Origin: Octopus vulgaris
Taxonomy: Eukaryota
Length of the DNA stretch: 64,000 nt
Direction: 5' to 3'
Assembly (NCBI GenBank): GCA_951406725.2
Contig: OX597837.1
Coordinates: 38,750,001-38,814,000, forward strand
Made by a program: the position numbers and the translations under genes. Shown in pieces: positions 44,417 through 59,350 of this stretch (position 1 is the first letter of the stretch; each line of letters starts with the position of its first letter). The notes under the pieces are model-generated. The model was not told the origin of the DNA, ran no database searches, and saw only the letters and a program-made list of their open reading frames with translations.

Positions 44417-44567
44417 GGATCCTCTTCCTCTCTCGCCCTCACTATCACTCTCTTCCTCTGTATCAGTTTTCCCCACTCTCTCTCTCTCTCTCACACACAT
44501 ACACACGTTCTCTCTCTCTCTCACACATACACACACACATACACACGTTCTCTCTCACACATACACA

Positions 44568-44605
<38 letters not shown>

Positions 44606-44644
44606 TACACACATACACACGTTCTCTCTCACACATACACACAT

Positions 44645-44682
<38 letters not shown>

Positions 44683-44719
44683 ACACACATACACACGTTC
44701 TCTCTCACACATACACACA

Positions 44720-44751
<32 letters not shown>

Positions 44752-44834
44752 TACACACATACACACGTTCTCTCTCACACATACACACTTTCTCTCTCTC
44801 TCACTCACTGACATACACATACACACGCTCTCTT

Positions 44835-44868
<34 letters not shown>

Positions 44869-45041
44869 ATACCTTCTCTTACTTCCTCCTTTGTGTGTCT
44901 CTCTTTCTCCACCTTCTCGTTCTCTCTCCCTCTTTCTCTCCTTTTCTCAGTTTTCATATCTCTTTCTCTCTCGTTCTCTCTTTCATTCTCTCTCTTTCTC
45001 TCTCCTCTCTCCCTCTTTCTCCTCTTTCTCATTCCGTCACC

Positions 45042-45078
<37 letters not shown>

Positions 45079-45311
45079 GCCTTTTCTCTTTCTGTGTTTC
45101 TATCTTTCTATCCCTTTCTCTGTCTCCCCTTCTCTCTGTGTATCTTTCAATCTCTCCCTCTCTCTTTCTCTCTCCTTCGTTATCTCTCTCACTCCCTATC
45201 TGTCTTCCTCCCCTCTCTCTCTCCATCCCTCTCTTCCTCTTCGGCATCACATGATATTTATGCTCGCTTTCAAAAGTACAAACTACGAAGAATGCAAGTA
45301 AGCACACACAA

Positions 45312-45342
<31 letters not shown>

Positions 45343-45397
45343 TACACACACACATGCACACACACATACACACACACATACACGCACACATATACAT

Positions 45398-45448
<51 letters not shown>

Positions 45449-45811
45449 TACACACACTTACACACGTACACATATGCACACAAATACACACATACACATA
45501 CACACGCACATACACACACGCGCACGCACACACACACACACGTACACATGCACACGCACATACACAGATGCACACACGCACATACACACATGCACACATA
45601 CACACACATATATCCATACATACATAAATACACACATTTGCTTCCCCTCATATGCGCATACATACCCAAAAAACACGAACACATACAAACAGAAGAAAAA
45701 TAACACTACTACTACTACTACTACAAATACTATTACTACTACTAACACTACAACTACTACTACTACTACTACTAACACTACAACTACTACTACTACTACC
45801 GTCAATTACTA

Positions 45812-45985
45812 TATATTTCTTTACTACCCACAAGGGGCTAAACACAGAAGGGACAAACAAGGACAGACAAACGGATTAAGTCTATTCTATCGACCCCAGT
45901 GCGTAACTGGTACTTATTTAATCGAACCCGAAAGGATGAAAGGCAAAGTCGACCTCGACGGAATTTGAACTCAGAACATAACGGC
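45812..45985 (-). mobile_element. SINE (same family as 29178-29410), 5'-truncated
   Basis: TTCTTTACTACCCACAAGGGGCTAAACACAG...GGAATTTGAACTCAGAAC. Confidence 0.85.
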
Positions 45986-45991
45986 AGTAGC

Positions 45992-46060
<69 letters not shown>

Positions 46061-46243
46061 GGTGGTGGTGGTGGTGGTGGTGGTAGTTGCTGTAGTAGTA
46101 GCAGCAGTAATAGTAGTAGCATTAGTAGTAGTAGTAGTAGTAGTGATGGTGGTGGTGGTGGTGGTGGTAGTTGCTGTAGTAGTAGTAGTAGTAGTAGTTA
46201 ATAATAATGATGATGATGACGATGATGATGATGATGGTGATGA

Positions 46244-46600
46244 TTTCATTTATTTGCCTCAAGGGCGAAGGATGGGGAGTACAATAGAAAGACAGACATA
46301 AACTGTGGCGGTGGTGGGGTACATATAATGAAATGATGAAAAATAATAATCGAGGAAACCCACTGTCCGAGATTTCCCTGAAACCCCAAGAGCAAGTACC
46401 CTCTCCAATTCCTTCTCTCCGATTCACAGGTCTACACTTAGAGAGGTACCATCCACTCTTGCCATTGTCGCAACTTTCACTCACCTTTCAATAAACTCAC
46501 TCGAGGACTGCAATACCTTCTCCACTCTCAGTCTCCTTTTCGAGTGAAACTTGAAGAAGTCAATGAGATCTCTACCAAAAAGGAATGTATCTGTCTTCGG
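46244..46600 (-). mobile_element. L1/Tx1-like LINE 3' end (relative of 1035-1375)
   Basis: TDTFLFGRDLIDFFKFHSKRRLRVEKVLQSSSEFIER*VKVATMARVDGT; tail CGCCCTTGAGGCAAATAAATGAAA followed by (CAT)n. Confidence 0.65.
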
Positions 46601-46914
46601 GAATTGCCGAGTTGTAGGGTTATGTCGAACAGCTGCTGTCGGCCGAGTCTGTAGTGATGATCGGACTGCCGCCCTCCTTCAGTCGGGCAGGCAAGGCAGT
46701 TTTCTTTTGTCTGGTAGCTGTGGCAAAAGAGGTTGCTTGGTGGACAATAGGATGATTCTCTCTGGCACTCTGCGACCCCCAGTCGCACAGAGTTATTATC
46801 CTCAAATGGTTGGATCGTTATAATGACCACTCACTATCGCTGTATAATTACTATATCAACACAGACACGACCATCAACACAGTCCACACATACTCTCGAT
46901 ACTGGCCGATGTCA

Positions 46915-47637
46915 CCTTACCAAATTGTTGGTGTTCATTTGGCAGGTTCTAGAGTAACGAAAACAGTCGAAATGTTTGGTGTATCAAGAAGTACTATCTC
47001 GAAATAAATGGCAGCCTTTGAGAAAAAGGGAAAAAACCTCCTCGTCGAAACAAACTCCGGAAGAAAACTAAAACTTTCAGACAGAGACCGTTGGACTCTT
47101 ACACGAATTGTTAGAATGGATCACAAAAGTACAGCTCCCAAATTTACTGTAGAGCTTAATGACCACCTCAACAATCCAGTTTCCACAAAAATTGTTTGCT
47201 GGGAGCTGCACAAATCCGGATTTCACGACAGGGCTGCAATCAGAAAACCACCACTTTCAAAAACAAACATTGCAAAGCGTTTAGAGTGGAGTAAAAACCT
47301 ACAGAACTGGCCCCTAAAGCAGTGGAAGAATGTTATTTTTTCGGATGAGTCATCCTGATACCTTATTTCTGACCACCAGCTGAGTATACATGTGGAGACA
47401 GCCAAAAGAAGCATTTGACCCAGACTGCTTTCTTCCAACTGTTAAACATGGAGGAGGATCTGTGATGATCTGGGGGGGGGGGGCTATATCTTTGTAATCT
47501 GCCGACCCAATGGTTTCCCTTATGGCAGAATTAATAGTCAAGACTATTTAAGCAATTTATCTGATCAAATTCATCCTATGGTTGCGGAACTGTTTCCGGA
47601 GGGAAACGCAATCTTTCAGGTTGATAGCGCACCAATT
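46915..47637 (+). pseudogene. Decayed Tc1-family transposase
   Basis: HTH FGVSRSTISK, SGRKLKLSDRDRWTLTRIV, WKNVIFSDESS, VKHGGGSVMIWG and FQVDSAPI, with stops and frameshifts; 3'-truncated. Confidence 0.9.
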
Positions 47638-47677
47638 ACTGCCTGTCTCCTTCCTGACCAAAAGAAGGCGGTGGAAC

Positions 47678-48223
47678 GCGAAATTGTTTTCCCACTAGAG
47701 TTCCGGACCCCAGATATGAACTCACTTGCATACAGCCAGTCAAAGCTCAGCTAATTTATGAGCGCATAACAAGTGATAGGCGATAAGATAAGGTCCCTTG
47801 GGTAAGCAATGACCATTCTCCTTTTCTCTTTTAAGAATGCAAATTGTTCTTGTTCTTGTTTCAACCATGGTTGCTTCTGTGTAGTTATTTGTGTTGTTGT
47901 TTACTTTGTAAAACAGTAGGGGGAGGAAAGGGTTGCTAGCACATCACCCTCTACCCACAGTTTCCCCACCCACATCTTTACCATATGGGGCCCTAACAGA
48001 ATCCGATAATAGGTATGGATGCAAATCTATTTGATTACTTGTCTCCTTCTAAAATCAGGCGTAACTTGGCGATCGGTCGACTTACAACACCACTCTTTGT
48101 CTTGAGTTTACTTGGTAGAGCGTGTTTGTTAACTTGACAACAAGGTCAAGGTGAGCTCTGATTGGCTGTATGCAAATGAGTTCGTTACCGGGGTCCGGAA
48201 TTCTCGTGGGAAAAGAAATTTCG
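47678..48223. mobile_element. Element with ~70-bp imperfect inverted repeats (MITE-like)
   Basis: 47680-47749 is an approximate reverse complement of 48152-48221. Confidence 0.55.
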
Positions 48224-48357
48224 CCATCGGGATGATCTTCACAGTGGACTCAGTCGATAGCCTGATCCTTCTTATTAGCGACAGAAAATGCTCGAGAAAA
48301 AGCCACAAGTCAGCGATGCTCGGGCACTGGACGGGTTTGTACAGTGCAGTTTAATAA

Positions 48358-48745
48358 TGGCTTCACATTTTGCCACAAGGGCAGCAATTTGCGGGGAGGG
48401 GTTAAGTCGATCACATCGGCCTCAGTGTTCAACTGGTACTTATTTTATCGACCACGAAAGGATGAAAAGTAAAGTCGACCTCGGCGGAATTTGAACCTAG
48501 ACCGTAGCAGGGGGCGAAATACCTATTTCTTTACTATCCACAAGGGGCTAAACATAGAGAGGACAAACAAGGACAGACAAACGGATTAAGTCGATTACAT
48601 CGACCCCAGTGCGTAACTGGCACTTAATTTATCGACCCCGAACGGATGAAAGGCAAAGTCGACCTCGGTGGAATTTGAACTCAGAACGTAACGGCAGACG
48701 AAATACCGCTAAGCATTTCGTCCGGCGTGCTGGCGTTTCTGCCAG
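48358..48745 (-). mobile_element. Dimeric SINE (29178-type family) with two different tails
   Basis: Two copies of the GAAAGGATGAAA...GTCGACCTCGG block joined at GAAATACC|TATTTCTT. Confidence 0.85.
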
Positions 48746-48958
48746 TACGGTTTAATAATAATGAATGACAATATAACAGCGACAACCACCACGACAACAA
48801 CAAAAGCAACAACAACAACCTCATAAAGCAGCAACAACAATGACACCAGCAACATAACGATAATAACAACAGTAACATTAATAACAAGAACAACACCCAC
48901 AACGACAACAGCAAAAACAACAACGGCAGCTTCAACAGCAACAACAACAGGAGCAACT

Positions 48959-48991
<33 letters not shown>

Positions 48992-49351
48992 GTAGCAGCA
49001 GCCGCAATAATAGCAACAACTGTAAGAAAATAGCAACAGCGGTTTTAGCAACAACTATGCCGCCATCACTACAAAGTAATAACAACAACAACAATAAAAA
49101 AAAAAACAAATACAACAACAACAACAACAACAATAACCGCTATGCGAACCATTAAAAGTAACACAGACGCCACCGCCGCCAGCATTGCTAACAACAACAA
49201 CAACAACAGCAACAACAGCAGCAATAGCAGCAACAACAGCGCCACCAACGACATTTAATGGCTACGGCTTTGCCACAACTGCAAACAAGAGGAACAATAA
49301 CACGAACAACAATGGCGACGACAGCAAAATCAAAAAACAACAACAACAACA

Positions 49352-49387
<36 letters not shown>

Positions 49388-49393
49388 GCTGCT

Positions 49394-49446
<53 letters not shown>

Positions 49447-49770
49447 ATTAGTATCTGCAACAACAATAATCGAAGACGATGATAAAAGGTATTTTACCGA
49501 CAACGCCCATAACAAGAGCATTAGTTACGTTATTATGCAGTTTATCACACATATATATATGTGTGTGTGTTTGTGTGCTTATGTGTGTTTATGTGTGTGT
49601 GTGTATGTGTTTGCATATATATACATACATATATACATATATATACATTCATAGATATACTTATATATATATACATTCATAGATATATATACACACACAT
49701 ATATATATATAAAATATATATATATATATATATATATACATACAAATATATACATACAAATATATATATA

Positions 49771-49934
<164 letters not shown>

Positions 49935-50058
49935 GTATAGCAGCAAAGCTACGAAGATATCAACAACAGATTTTTAATGTAATGCAACTTTATTAGTCGC
50001 CATTTTAAGATGGCGGTGAAAGTGCTTCATGCCTATTTAGGTGCGTGAGTATTGGAGA

Positions 50059-50107
<49 letters not shown>

Positions 50108-50154
50108 TGTGTGTGTCTGTTGTGTGTGTGTGCATGTGTATTATATAGTAGTGC

Positions 50155-50248
<94 letters not shown>

Positions 50249-50488
50249 TAAGTGTATGTGTGTCTACTTATAGATATGTGTGAGCGTAAGTATGTATGTA
50301 TGTATATATTTATGTGTGTATGTATGTATGTATGTATGTATGTATGTATGTATGTATGTATGTATGTATGTATGTATGTATGTATGTATGTATGTATGTA
50401 GGGAGAATTCACCCAAAAAAAAAACAAGAAGATAGGTGGTGTAGAAAGTAAACAGATGTATTAGTATAACGCTTGGGAAGTGAAAAAG

Positions 50489-50526
50489 TCTTTAACGTTT
50501 CGAGCCTACGCTCTTCTACAGAAAGA
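50489..50526 (-). ncRNA. Minimal hammerhead-like motif (U6 variant, GUU site)
   Basis: tcttt-CTGTAGA-A-GAGC gtag GCTC-GAAA-CG-TT-aaaga. Confidence 0.55.
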
Positions 50527-50594
50527 GACACAGAAAAAAAGAAGGAGAGAAGAAAATAAAGAGAGAAACAAAATGTGTGTAGTGGTTACCGATC

Positions 50595-50626
<32 letters not shown>

Positions 50627-50925
50627 TGTATGTATGTATGTATGTATGTATGTATGTATGAACGTATGCGTGCGTGTATGTATGTATGTATGTATGTATG
50701 TATGTATGTATGTATGTATGTATGTATGTATATATGTATGTATGTATATATGTATGTATATATGTATGTATGTATGTATGTAGGTAGTTAGGTAGGTAGT
50801 TAGGTAGGTATGTATGTATGTATGTATGTATGTATGTATGTATGTATGTATGTATGTATGTATGTATGTATGTATGAAAAAATCGAAACTCGTTTTGATG
50901 TTACCTGCACATTTTTCTATATGTT

Positions 50926-50959
50926 CTTGACGTTTCGAGCCTACGCTCTTCGACAGAAA
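50926..50959 (-). ncRNA. Minimal hammerhead-like motif (U6 variant, GUC site)
   Basis: ttt-CTGTCGA-A-GAGC gtag GCTC-GAAA-CG-TC-aag. Confidence 0.55.
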
Positions 50960-51044
50960 GGAAAGAGAGAGAGAGAGAGCGAAAAACGAAGAAAGAACGA
51001 AAAGAAAACGAAGAAAAATGTGTTGGGATTAACGGTCCAACATG

Positions 51045-51990
51045 ATGGTTACGCAAAAACCATACATATAGAAAAAGTATTCTATGTATATAGCCTAAGG
51101 GTCACGTTCATTTGCGCACCTATCATCAAAAATACAGAAGTTAGTACCCCTAAACTTTGGACTGATGTAGCGTTTACAGTAAGTGCCTAGTAAACCATTA
51201 GTGTAATGTAGCAGCCCTGGTCTACGAAGCAGAGCTAGTATACAACAACACTAACGAAAGGACGCATATACACAAATATATAGTGGAGGCGCAATGGCCC
51301 AGTGGTTAGGGCAGCGGACTCGCGGTCGGAGGATCGCGGTTTCGATTCCCAGACCGGGCGTTGTGTGTGTTTATTGAGCGAAAACACCTAAAGCTCCACG
51401 AGGTTCCGGCAGGGGGTGGTAGCGACCCCTGTTGTACTCTTTCGCCTCAATTTTCTCTCACTCCACTCTTACTTCCTGTTTCTGTTGTACCTGTATTTCG
51501 AAGGGCCGGCCTTGTCACTCCCTGTGTCACGCTGAATATCCCTGAGAACTACGTTAAGGGTGCACGTGTCTGTGGAGTGCTCAGCCACTTACACGTTAAT
51601 TTCACGAGCAGGCTGTTCCGTTGATTCGGATCAACCGGAACCCTCATCGTCGTAACCGACGGAGTGCTTCCACACAAATATATCGAATCAATAATCACTT
51701 TAAGGCGAGGTTGGATAATCATATATTCCTCTTTTAACACCCAGGAAAACACAATGTCATAATTTTAGCTAATGTTATGCGGTGATTAAAACAGGATCTA
51801 ACGTCGCATAATAACAACTACAAGCTGCTGGAAATATGTAGGCTGTATCTTAATGGAAGTAAAAGATGCAAACTTTGCTTTGCGGAGAAAAGAATCTTTC
51901 TAACAACTCACATGAGTTTTCTAAGCCCGATAAACAAAATTTTCAGATATTGTCATCATGAGCGCAAAGTCAGTTTGGTGCATGGTCGTG
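51045..51990 (+). mobile_element. Penelope-like element, decayed linker and GIY-YIG endonuclease, split by a SINE
   Basis: KNHTYRK/VFYVYSLRVTFICAP, KCLVNH*CNVAALVYEAEL...HKYI, FKARLDNHI and NGSKRCKLCFAEKRI. Confidence 0.65.
51284..51671 (+). mobile_element. Full-length tRNA-Arg-like-headed SINE (octopus OR-type), tail variant A
   Basis: tRNA-like head with A and B boxes; flanked by a 12-bp TSD ACACAAATATAT (51270-51281 / 51672-51683). Confidence 0.9.
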
Positions 51991-52290
51991 TCCCTTTTTT
52001 AAGTAGCAGGAAGATTAACACAGGGCCAATAGAATTCACCCATGTCATCAGGAAAAACTGATAGTTCGTCTTTCTCATTGTGCATTAGTTCTCCAGCCCA
52101 GTAAATTTTTTGTCACTAAATTTTTCTACCTCGAAATCAACTTAGAGTGAATGTACATCCAGCACTTGTGTAGGCTACGCACTATGGTCTACAAATTTGA
52201 AGAGTCGTTAATATTGTCTGGCAGACATATTCTACGCAAAACATTCTGACCAGTAACATGCCATAAGCAGTGATATATTTCTTGACGATG

Positions 52291-52414
<124 letters not shown>

Positions 52415-52537
52415 TCTGTTTATGTATGCATATATATACATACATCTATATGCACATATATATATATACATACACACATGCATACATTCATACTTACATA
52501 CACACATACCAGTATTTATATAGATAGACAGATATTA

Positions 52538-52582
<45 letters not shown>

Positions 52583-53066
52583 CATATATATATACATATA
52601 TATATATACATACATATGTATGTGTGTGTATACACATATGTATATGCACGTATATGTACAAATATATATACTTATATACGTCTATATGTATATACACGTG
52701 TGCGTGCATATATATATACATGACGAATTTTATATATACATGCATGTACATGCATTATATGTTTGTGTTTGTGAGCGCTCTGAAACGAATGTGTGTAGAA
52801 TCATTTTGTATAGACTCATAAATTTCAGCACTTAAGCATTAGCGTATACGTGCATACATGTGTGTATATATGTGTGTAGATATGTGTGTGTGTGTGTGTA
52901 TGTGTGTGTGTGTATCACAGTAGATGTTTTCCAGGCTTATATACATGCCTCTAGTTTATAAGCAACAAATATATTCTCACAAGTTGCATGGAATGTTCTT
53001 TGAAAATACAATTTAGCGGGAGAAAAAAAAATCTACCAAAAATATTGAGGTTTTTAATAACCTCTC

Positions 53067-53140
<74 letters not shown>

Positions 53141-53299
53141 CATATGTGTGTGTGTGTGTGTGTGTGTTTACATATATACAGAGGTAGAGTGAGCGAGATA
53201 GAGTGAGGTGGGGGTAAATATTTGTGATGTGCTATATAAAAGAGAATTTCGTCAGAAAAAAAATTTATTAAACAGCGAACAGAAGAATGTGTTTGTATT

Positions 53300-53339
53300 T
53301 AGAGAGAGAGAGAGAGAGAGAGAGAGGGTGGGAGGGGGA

Positions 53340-53371
<32 letters not shown>

Positions 53372-53485
53372 GGATGGATGCAAGGATAGATAGAGAGAGA
53401 GAGAGAAGCAAACAGACGGACGGACGGACGGACAGATAGACATACAAACCGACAGACAGGCAGACAAAGAGACAGAGAGACAAAC

Positions 53486-53548
<63 letters not shown>

Positions 53549-53679
53549 CAGACAGATTGATAGATGGATAGATAGAGGATTGGATGGAGGGACAGACACA
53601 AACAGACAGGTAAACAGAGAGACAGAGAAACAGACAGACAGACATACAGATAGATAGATAGACAGATAGATAGATAGAC

Positions 53680-53762
<83 letters not shown>

Positions 53763-53819
53763 AAGGTAGACACACAGACGGACGGACAGACAGACAGAAT
53801 ATATAGACAGATAAATTGG

Positions 53820-53885
<66 letters not shown>

Positions 53886-53910
53886 GATAGATAGATGGAT
53901 AGATAGATAT
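53300..53910. repeat. (GA)n/(GACA)n/(GATA)n compound array
   Basis: Low-complexity tetranucleotide repeats. Confidence 0.9.
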
Positions 53911-54238
53911 TGCCATTTACCACTACTCCACACAAAATGGACGTCACCATTCTCACCAGTTGTATGTCATAACAATATATAAAAAATATGCTTTTCAGTG
54001 ATATCTACTCCAGCATGGCCACAGTTCAATGACTGAAACAGGTGAAGGACGAAAGATAAACGTTAACGTTATCTATGTTTCTCTGTGGGTGTGTATGTAT
54101 GTGTGTGTGCGTGTGTGTGTGTGTGAGTTTGTGAGTGCGTGTGTGAGTGTGTGTGTTAGTGTGAGTCTTTGTTCATGCGTGCGTGCGTGTATTTGTGTGT
54201 GTGTATGCGTGCGTGTATGTGTGTGCGTGAGTGTCTGT

Positions 54239-54540
54239 GAGGGTGCGTGGTTTAGTGGTTAATGTATGTCACTCCCGATCCGGGCTGTGTGTTGTGTTCT
54301 TGAGCAAGACACTTTATTTCCCGTTGCTCCAGTTCACTCAGCTGTAGAAAGGAATTGCGACGTCACTGGTGCCGAGCTTGGATCGGCCCCTTTGCCTCTC
54401 CCTTGGATAGCATCGATGGCGTGGAGACGGTGGGTGATATGCATGGGCAACTGCTGGCCTTCCATAAAAACAACACTAGGTTGTGCTGTTCACCGTTACT
54501 TCGGAGGGGAATCTCTTAGGTGAACCCATAGCCATTCGTG
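54239..54540 (+). mobile_element. SINE with GTGTTCTTGAGCAAGACACTT central motif (V/CORE-SINE-like)
   Basis: A-box-like GTGGTTTAGTGG head with a partly deleted B box, then TTGCTCCAGTTCACTCAGCTG. Confidence 0.65.
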
Positions 54541-54556
54541 GCACACTCACACACAC

Positions 54557-55778
54557 ACATGACAGAAGTAAATAGACACCCTTATACTCATTAAAATTTA
54601 CTTGAATCTAAAAATATACATTCAAATTATCTATTGATTATTATAATGTGAATATTTGACATGCCCTTCCCATCTTTCATTGCATGTAACTGATCCGATG
54701 ACGAATATTCTCTTGCGGAATTTCTTGCCAAGTTTCATGCCGAAATCTCCAAAGATATGGCTTTGAAGACGCTTTCTTGTTCTTTTTATGAAGTGTCCTA
54801 GAGGTGTTCAATAGGGTTCATAGCTGGTGACTGCCTTGGCCATAGAAGCTTTTTAATGCTATTCTCATCTAACAAATCTTGGGTCATTTTAGCCGTGTGA
54901 TAAGGAGCTCCATCTTCCATAAATAAAGAGTCTCCTTTAATCATTTCACCACTGGAGAAGATTGGAAGGAGTCCTTTCTGCAATATGAGTATACATATAT
55001 CTGAGTTTCCCTCACACTCTACCACACTCTGAACAACCATTGCTCTAAATTGCTCGCCAGACCATCACAGAATAGCTGCCGTGTTTCATTGTTGGCTGCA
55101 ATCTTTTCACTTCAAATTTTTGATGTCAGAGTCTCCACACCCACACTCGACCACTGTCAAGAAATACAGCAAATCTGGACTCATCAGAGAATATGACAGT
55201 GTCCCAAAATGCTAGTGGCCTCTCCACCATCTCACTGGCCCAAACGTTTCTCCGCTCGGTGTTGGCTAGTCGAAGAAGTGGTTGCCTTTTTACTGCTCTG
55301 CTATAGTAACCAAGTTTGTGGAGAAACCTAACAGCTGTTTCGGGACTGACATCAACTTGTTCTCTTATGTCAGAGGCCTTGCTACGAGGATTATTCTTCA
55401 CACTACTCTTAGCAAATGGGAGGGTCCTGTCAGAGGGCCCTGGTTGATCTGGGTGAGGTAATGTGGACTCCTTTCCCTCTCTGGAGAATTGCACAATCAC
55501 TCAATTAACTGTAGAAAGCGGGATCCCAAGGTTTTCTGCGATTTTATGCTATGTCAACCTTCAGATTGACCCACAATACGGCCTCTTCGAAATTCAGGCA
55601 GTTCCACGGCTTTTATTATTTTTTTTTTTTTGGCTTTTTTGTACATGGCATGATTAAGCAGTCACAGTTAGAACCTGAAACACAAAAATGTCAATTAAGG
55701 AAAAAAATATAAACCTTTACAAGTTAGAATAAACATAAAACAATGTTTTATGGGGGTGTCTATTTACTTCTGTCATGT
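54557..55778 (-). mobile_element. Tc1-like (DD34E) transposon with perfect 25-bp TIRs and a disrupted transposase
   Basis: TIR ACATGACAGAAGTAAATAGACACCC at 54557-54581 and its reverse complement at 55754-55778. Motifs VIFSDESRF, FMEDGAPYH and WPRQSPAMNPIEHL, with 34 residues between the second D and E. Confidence 0.92.
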
Positions 55779-55912
55779 CTGTCTGTGTGTGTCTGTGTGT
55801 GTGTTTGTGTGTGTGTGTGTGAGTGTATAGTTAATAAATCCTTGGGTAACTCTATGTCCATGATATAAAAATTTTGTTGTAATATATATATATGTGTGTG
55901 TGTGTGTGTGTA

Positions 55913-55978
<66 letters not shown>

Positions 55979-56009
55979 ATATACGTATATATGTATATAG
56001 ATATACGTA

Positions 56010-56093
<84 letters not shown>

Positions 56094-56185
56094 ATATACA
56101 CACACACAGATATACATATGTATTTTCATGTATAGTTAAAAGTATATGATGGTGGTGGCGATAGCGGTGGCGACGGTGTTGTTGT

Positions 56186-56224
<39 letters not shown>

Positions 56225-56864
56225 CGATGGTGATGACGACGAGAACGATGATGATGATGATGAGTGAATAGAATTGTCTTGCATAATTTTTCCGGCGGTC
56301 ACAACCACTGACTACCACTACCGCCACAACCACTGACTGCCACTACCACTACAACCACCACTACAGCTACCCCAACAAGCATCACCACAACCACTGCCAC
56401 CACCACCACCACCACCACCACTGCCAACATCTAAACCACTACAAACCACTACAACAACAACAACAACACAACTAACACATTCACCAACACAACCAGCAAT
56501 ACCACCACCACCACCACCACCACCACCACCACCACCAACAGCAACAACAACAACAATTCCAACCACAACCATAACCACTACTACCACCATAACCAGCACA
56601 ATCACCACCTCCACCACCACCATCACCGCCATTAACGCTGTCCCCACCACTACTACCACCTCCCCAACGGCCACCACCGCCAAAAATGACTACCACCACA
56701 AATACCACCAACAACAAAAAAATAATTCTCACCATTTTAGCCTATATTTTTAACATCACAAACACTAAGCGATAAAAAGTTTTTCCCTCTTTTTTACATC
56801 TCATAAATTCTTGATGTACTTAAAAATTGTGTATATAGAGGGGGTACATTATGTACATACAAAC

Positions 56865-56923
<59 letters not shown>

Positions 56924-57339
56924 CATACATACATACATACAGACAGACAGACATATACACACACACACATATATATACGTACATATATACATAAATACAT
57001 ATATATATACATATATATATACATATATACATACAGACAGACATATATACATATATACATACATTCATACAGACATATTTATATATATATATACATATAA
57101 TTATATATATATATATATATACACACGCACATATATACATATATATGCATACATATATACATATACATCCATATATATATGTATACATATATATATATAC
57201 ATGTATATATACTTACATATATATATATGTATATATGTGTGTGTATATATATATATATATATACATACAGAGATATATGTGCATGTGCATATGTATATAT
57301 GTGTTTGTGTGTATGTGAAGGTATGCAGTGCAAGTGTGT

Positions 57340-57378
<39 letters not shown>

Positions 57379-57561
57379 TACGTGTTTGTGTTTAGTCAAT
57401 CCCGGAATAATAAACACAATGCCTTTCAATTTCACATCAATGGTGTGTGTGTATATGTGTGTGTGTGTGTGCGTGTGTGTGTCTATGTATGTATGTATGT
57501 ATGTATGTATGTATACACGCGTACACTACATTTTATAGATATCATATACACACACACATAC

Positions 57562-57608
<47 letters not shown>

Positions 57609-57788
57609 GGTATGTGTGTTGGTGTGTGTGTGTGTGTATGTTTGTGTGTGTATATACGCGAATACTTTGAAATACAATTTTTAACACGCGCGCCCACGCA
57701 CACACATACACATACATACATAAATACACATACTCACATACATACATACATACAGAGACAGAGAGAAAGAAAGAGGAGAGAGAGAGGA

Positions 57789-57827
<39 letters not shown>

Positions 57828-58033
57828 GTGTGCGTGTGTGTTCCGCATTTATGGAGATATTATGATGGCTGTGTTTATTTACGAGAAAAATGTACCCCAC
57901 AAATTTTATATATATACATATATATACATATACATATATATATATGTGTGTGTGTGTGTGTGTTATATATATATATATATATATTAAGGTATGTAGAAAA
58001 ATATAGACAAGAACGTATAATAGAAGACGACAA

Positions 58034-58111
<78 letters not shown>

Positions 58112-58127
58112 CACATATATATATATG

Positions 58128-58162
<35 letters not shown>

Positions 58163-58519
58163 GTGTGTATATATTTGTGTATATGTATATGTGCATATAT
58201 GTGTTTTTGCACATATATGTGCTTTATGCCAGCGTTATCTGTAGAGCAATTTTAGCATTCTTGCCATTAAATGCTTCCTTACTTTCTTGCCTGTATTAGT
58301 AATATTGTCGTTGTTGTTGTTGCTGTTGTCGTTGTTGTTGTTGTTGTTGTTGTTGTTGATCCGTTGTTTTTTTTTTCTGTCTCAAAATCTTGTCTTTTAT
58401 TCATATACACTAGCTAAAGGTTTCTGTATATGCGTGTGTATGTATTTGTGTGAGTGTGTGTTTGTATGTGTATCTATAAATATAGATAGGAAGATAAATA
58501 GATGCACACATATATACGT

Positions 58520-58990
58520 ACATGCAATATATACATGCATACATGTAATACGTAAATACATACATACAACAGATACATACATACATACAGGCATACACAC
58601 ATACTTGCATACATACACACATAAACATATACATACATACATATATACATACATACATGCATACATACATACATACATACATACATACATACATACATAC
58701 ATACATACATACATACATACATACATACATACATACATACATAAATATACATACATGCATACATACATACATATATGCACACATATACATGCACATACAC
58801 ACATATATACATACACACATATATACATGCGTGCACACGTACATACATACGCACACACATACATACATACATACATACATACATGCATACATATAAGCAT
58901 GCATACAAACATGCATGCATACATACGCACACACATACATATATATACATACATATATGTAGACATACATGCATACATACATGCACACAC

Positions 58991-59022
<32 letters not shown>

Positions 59023-59318
59023 ACATACATACATACATACATACATACATGCATGCATGCATACATACATACATACATACATACATGCATGCATACATAC
59101 ATACCTACATACATACATACACACATACACACATACATACATACCCACATACATACATACACACATACATACATACATACATACATACATACATACATAC
59201 ATACACACACACATACATACATACATGCACACACACATATATACATACATACATTCATACACACATATATACATACATACATACATACATACATACATAC
59301 ATACATACATACATACAT

Positions 59319-59349
<31 letters not shown>

Positions 59350-59350
59350 T
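58520..59350. repeat. (TACA)n compound microsatellite
   Basis: Low-complexity array. Confidence 0.95.

Noticed and set aside
51284-51360. tRNA-Arg(TCG)-like sequence
   Set aside because: It is a SINE head: imperfect cloverleaf, continues into the SINE body, and is flanked by a TSD.
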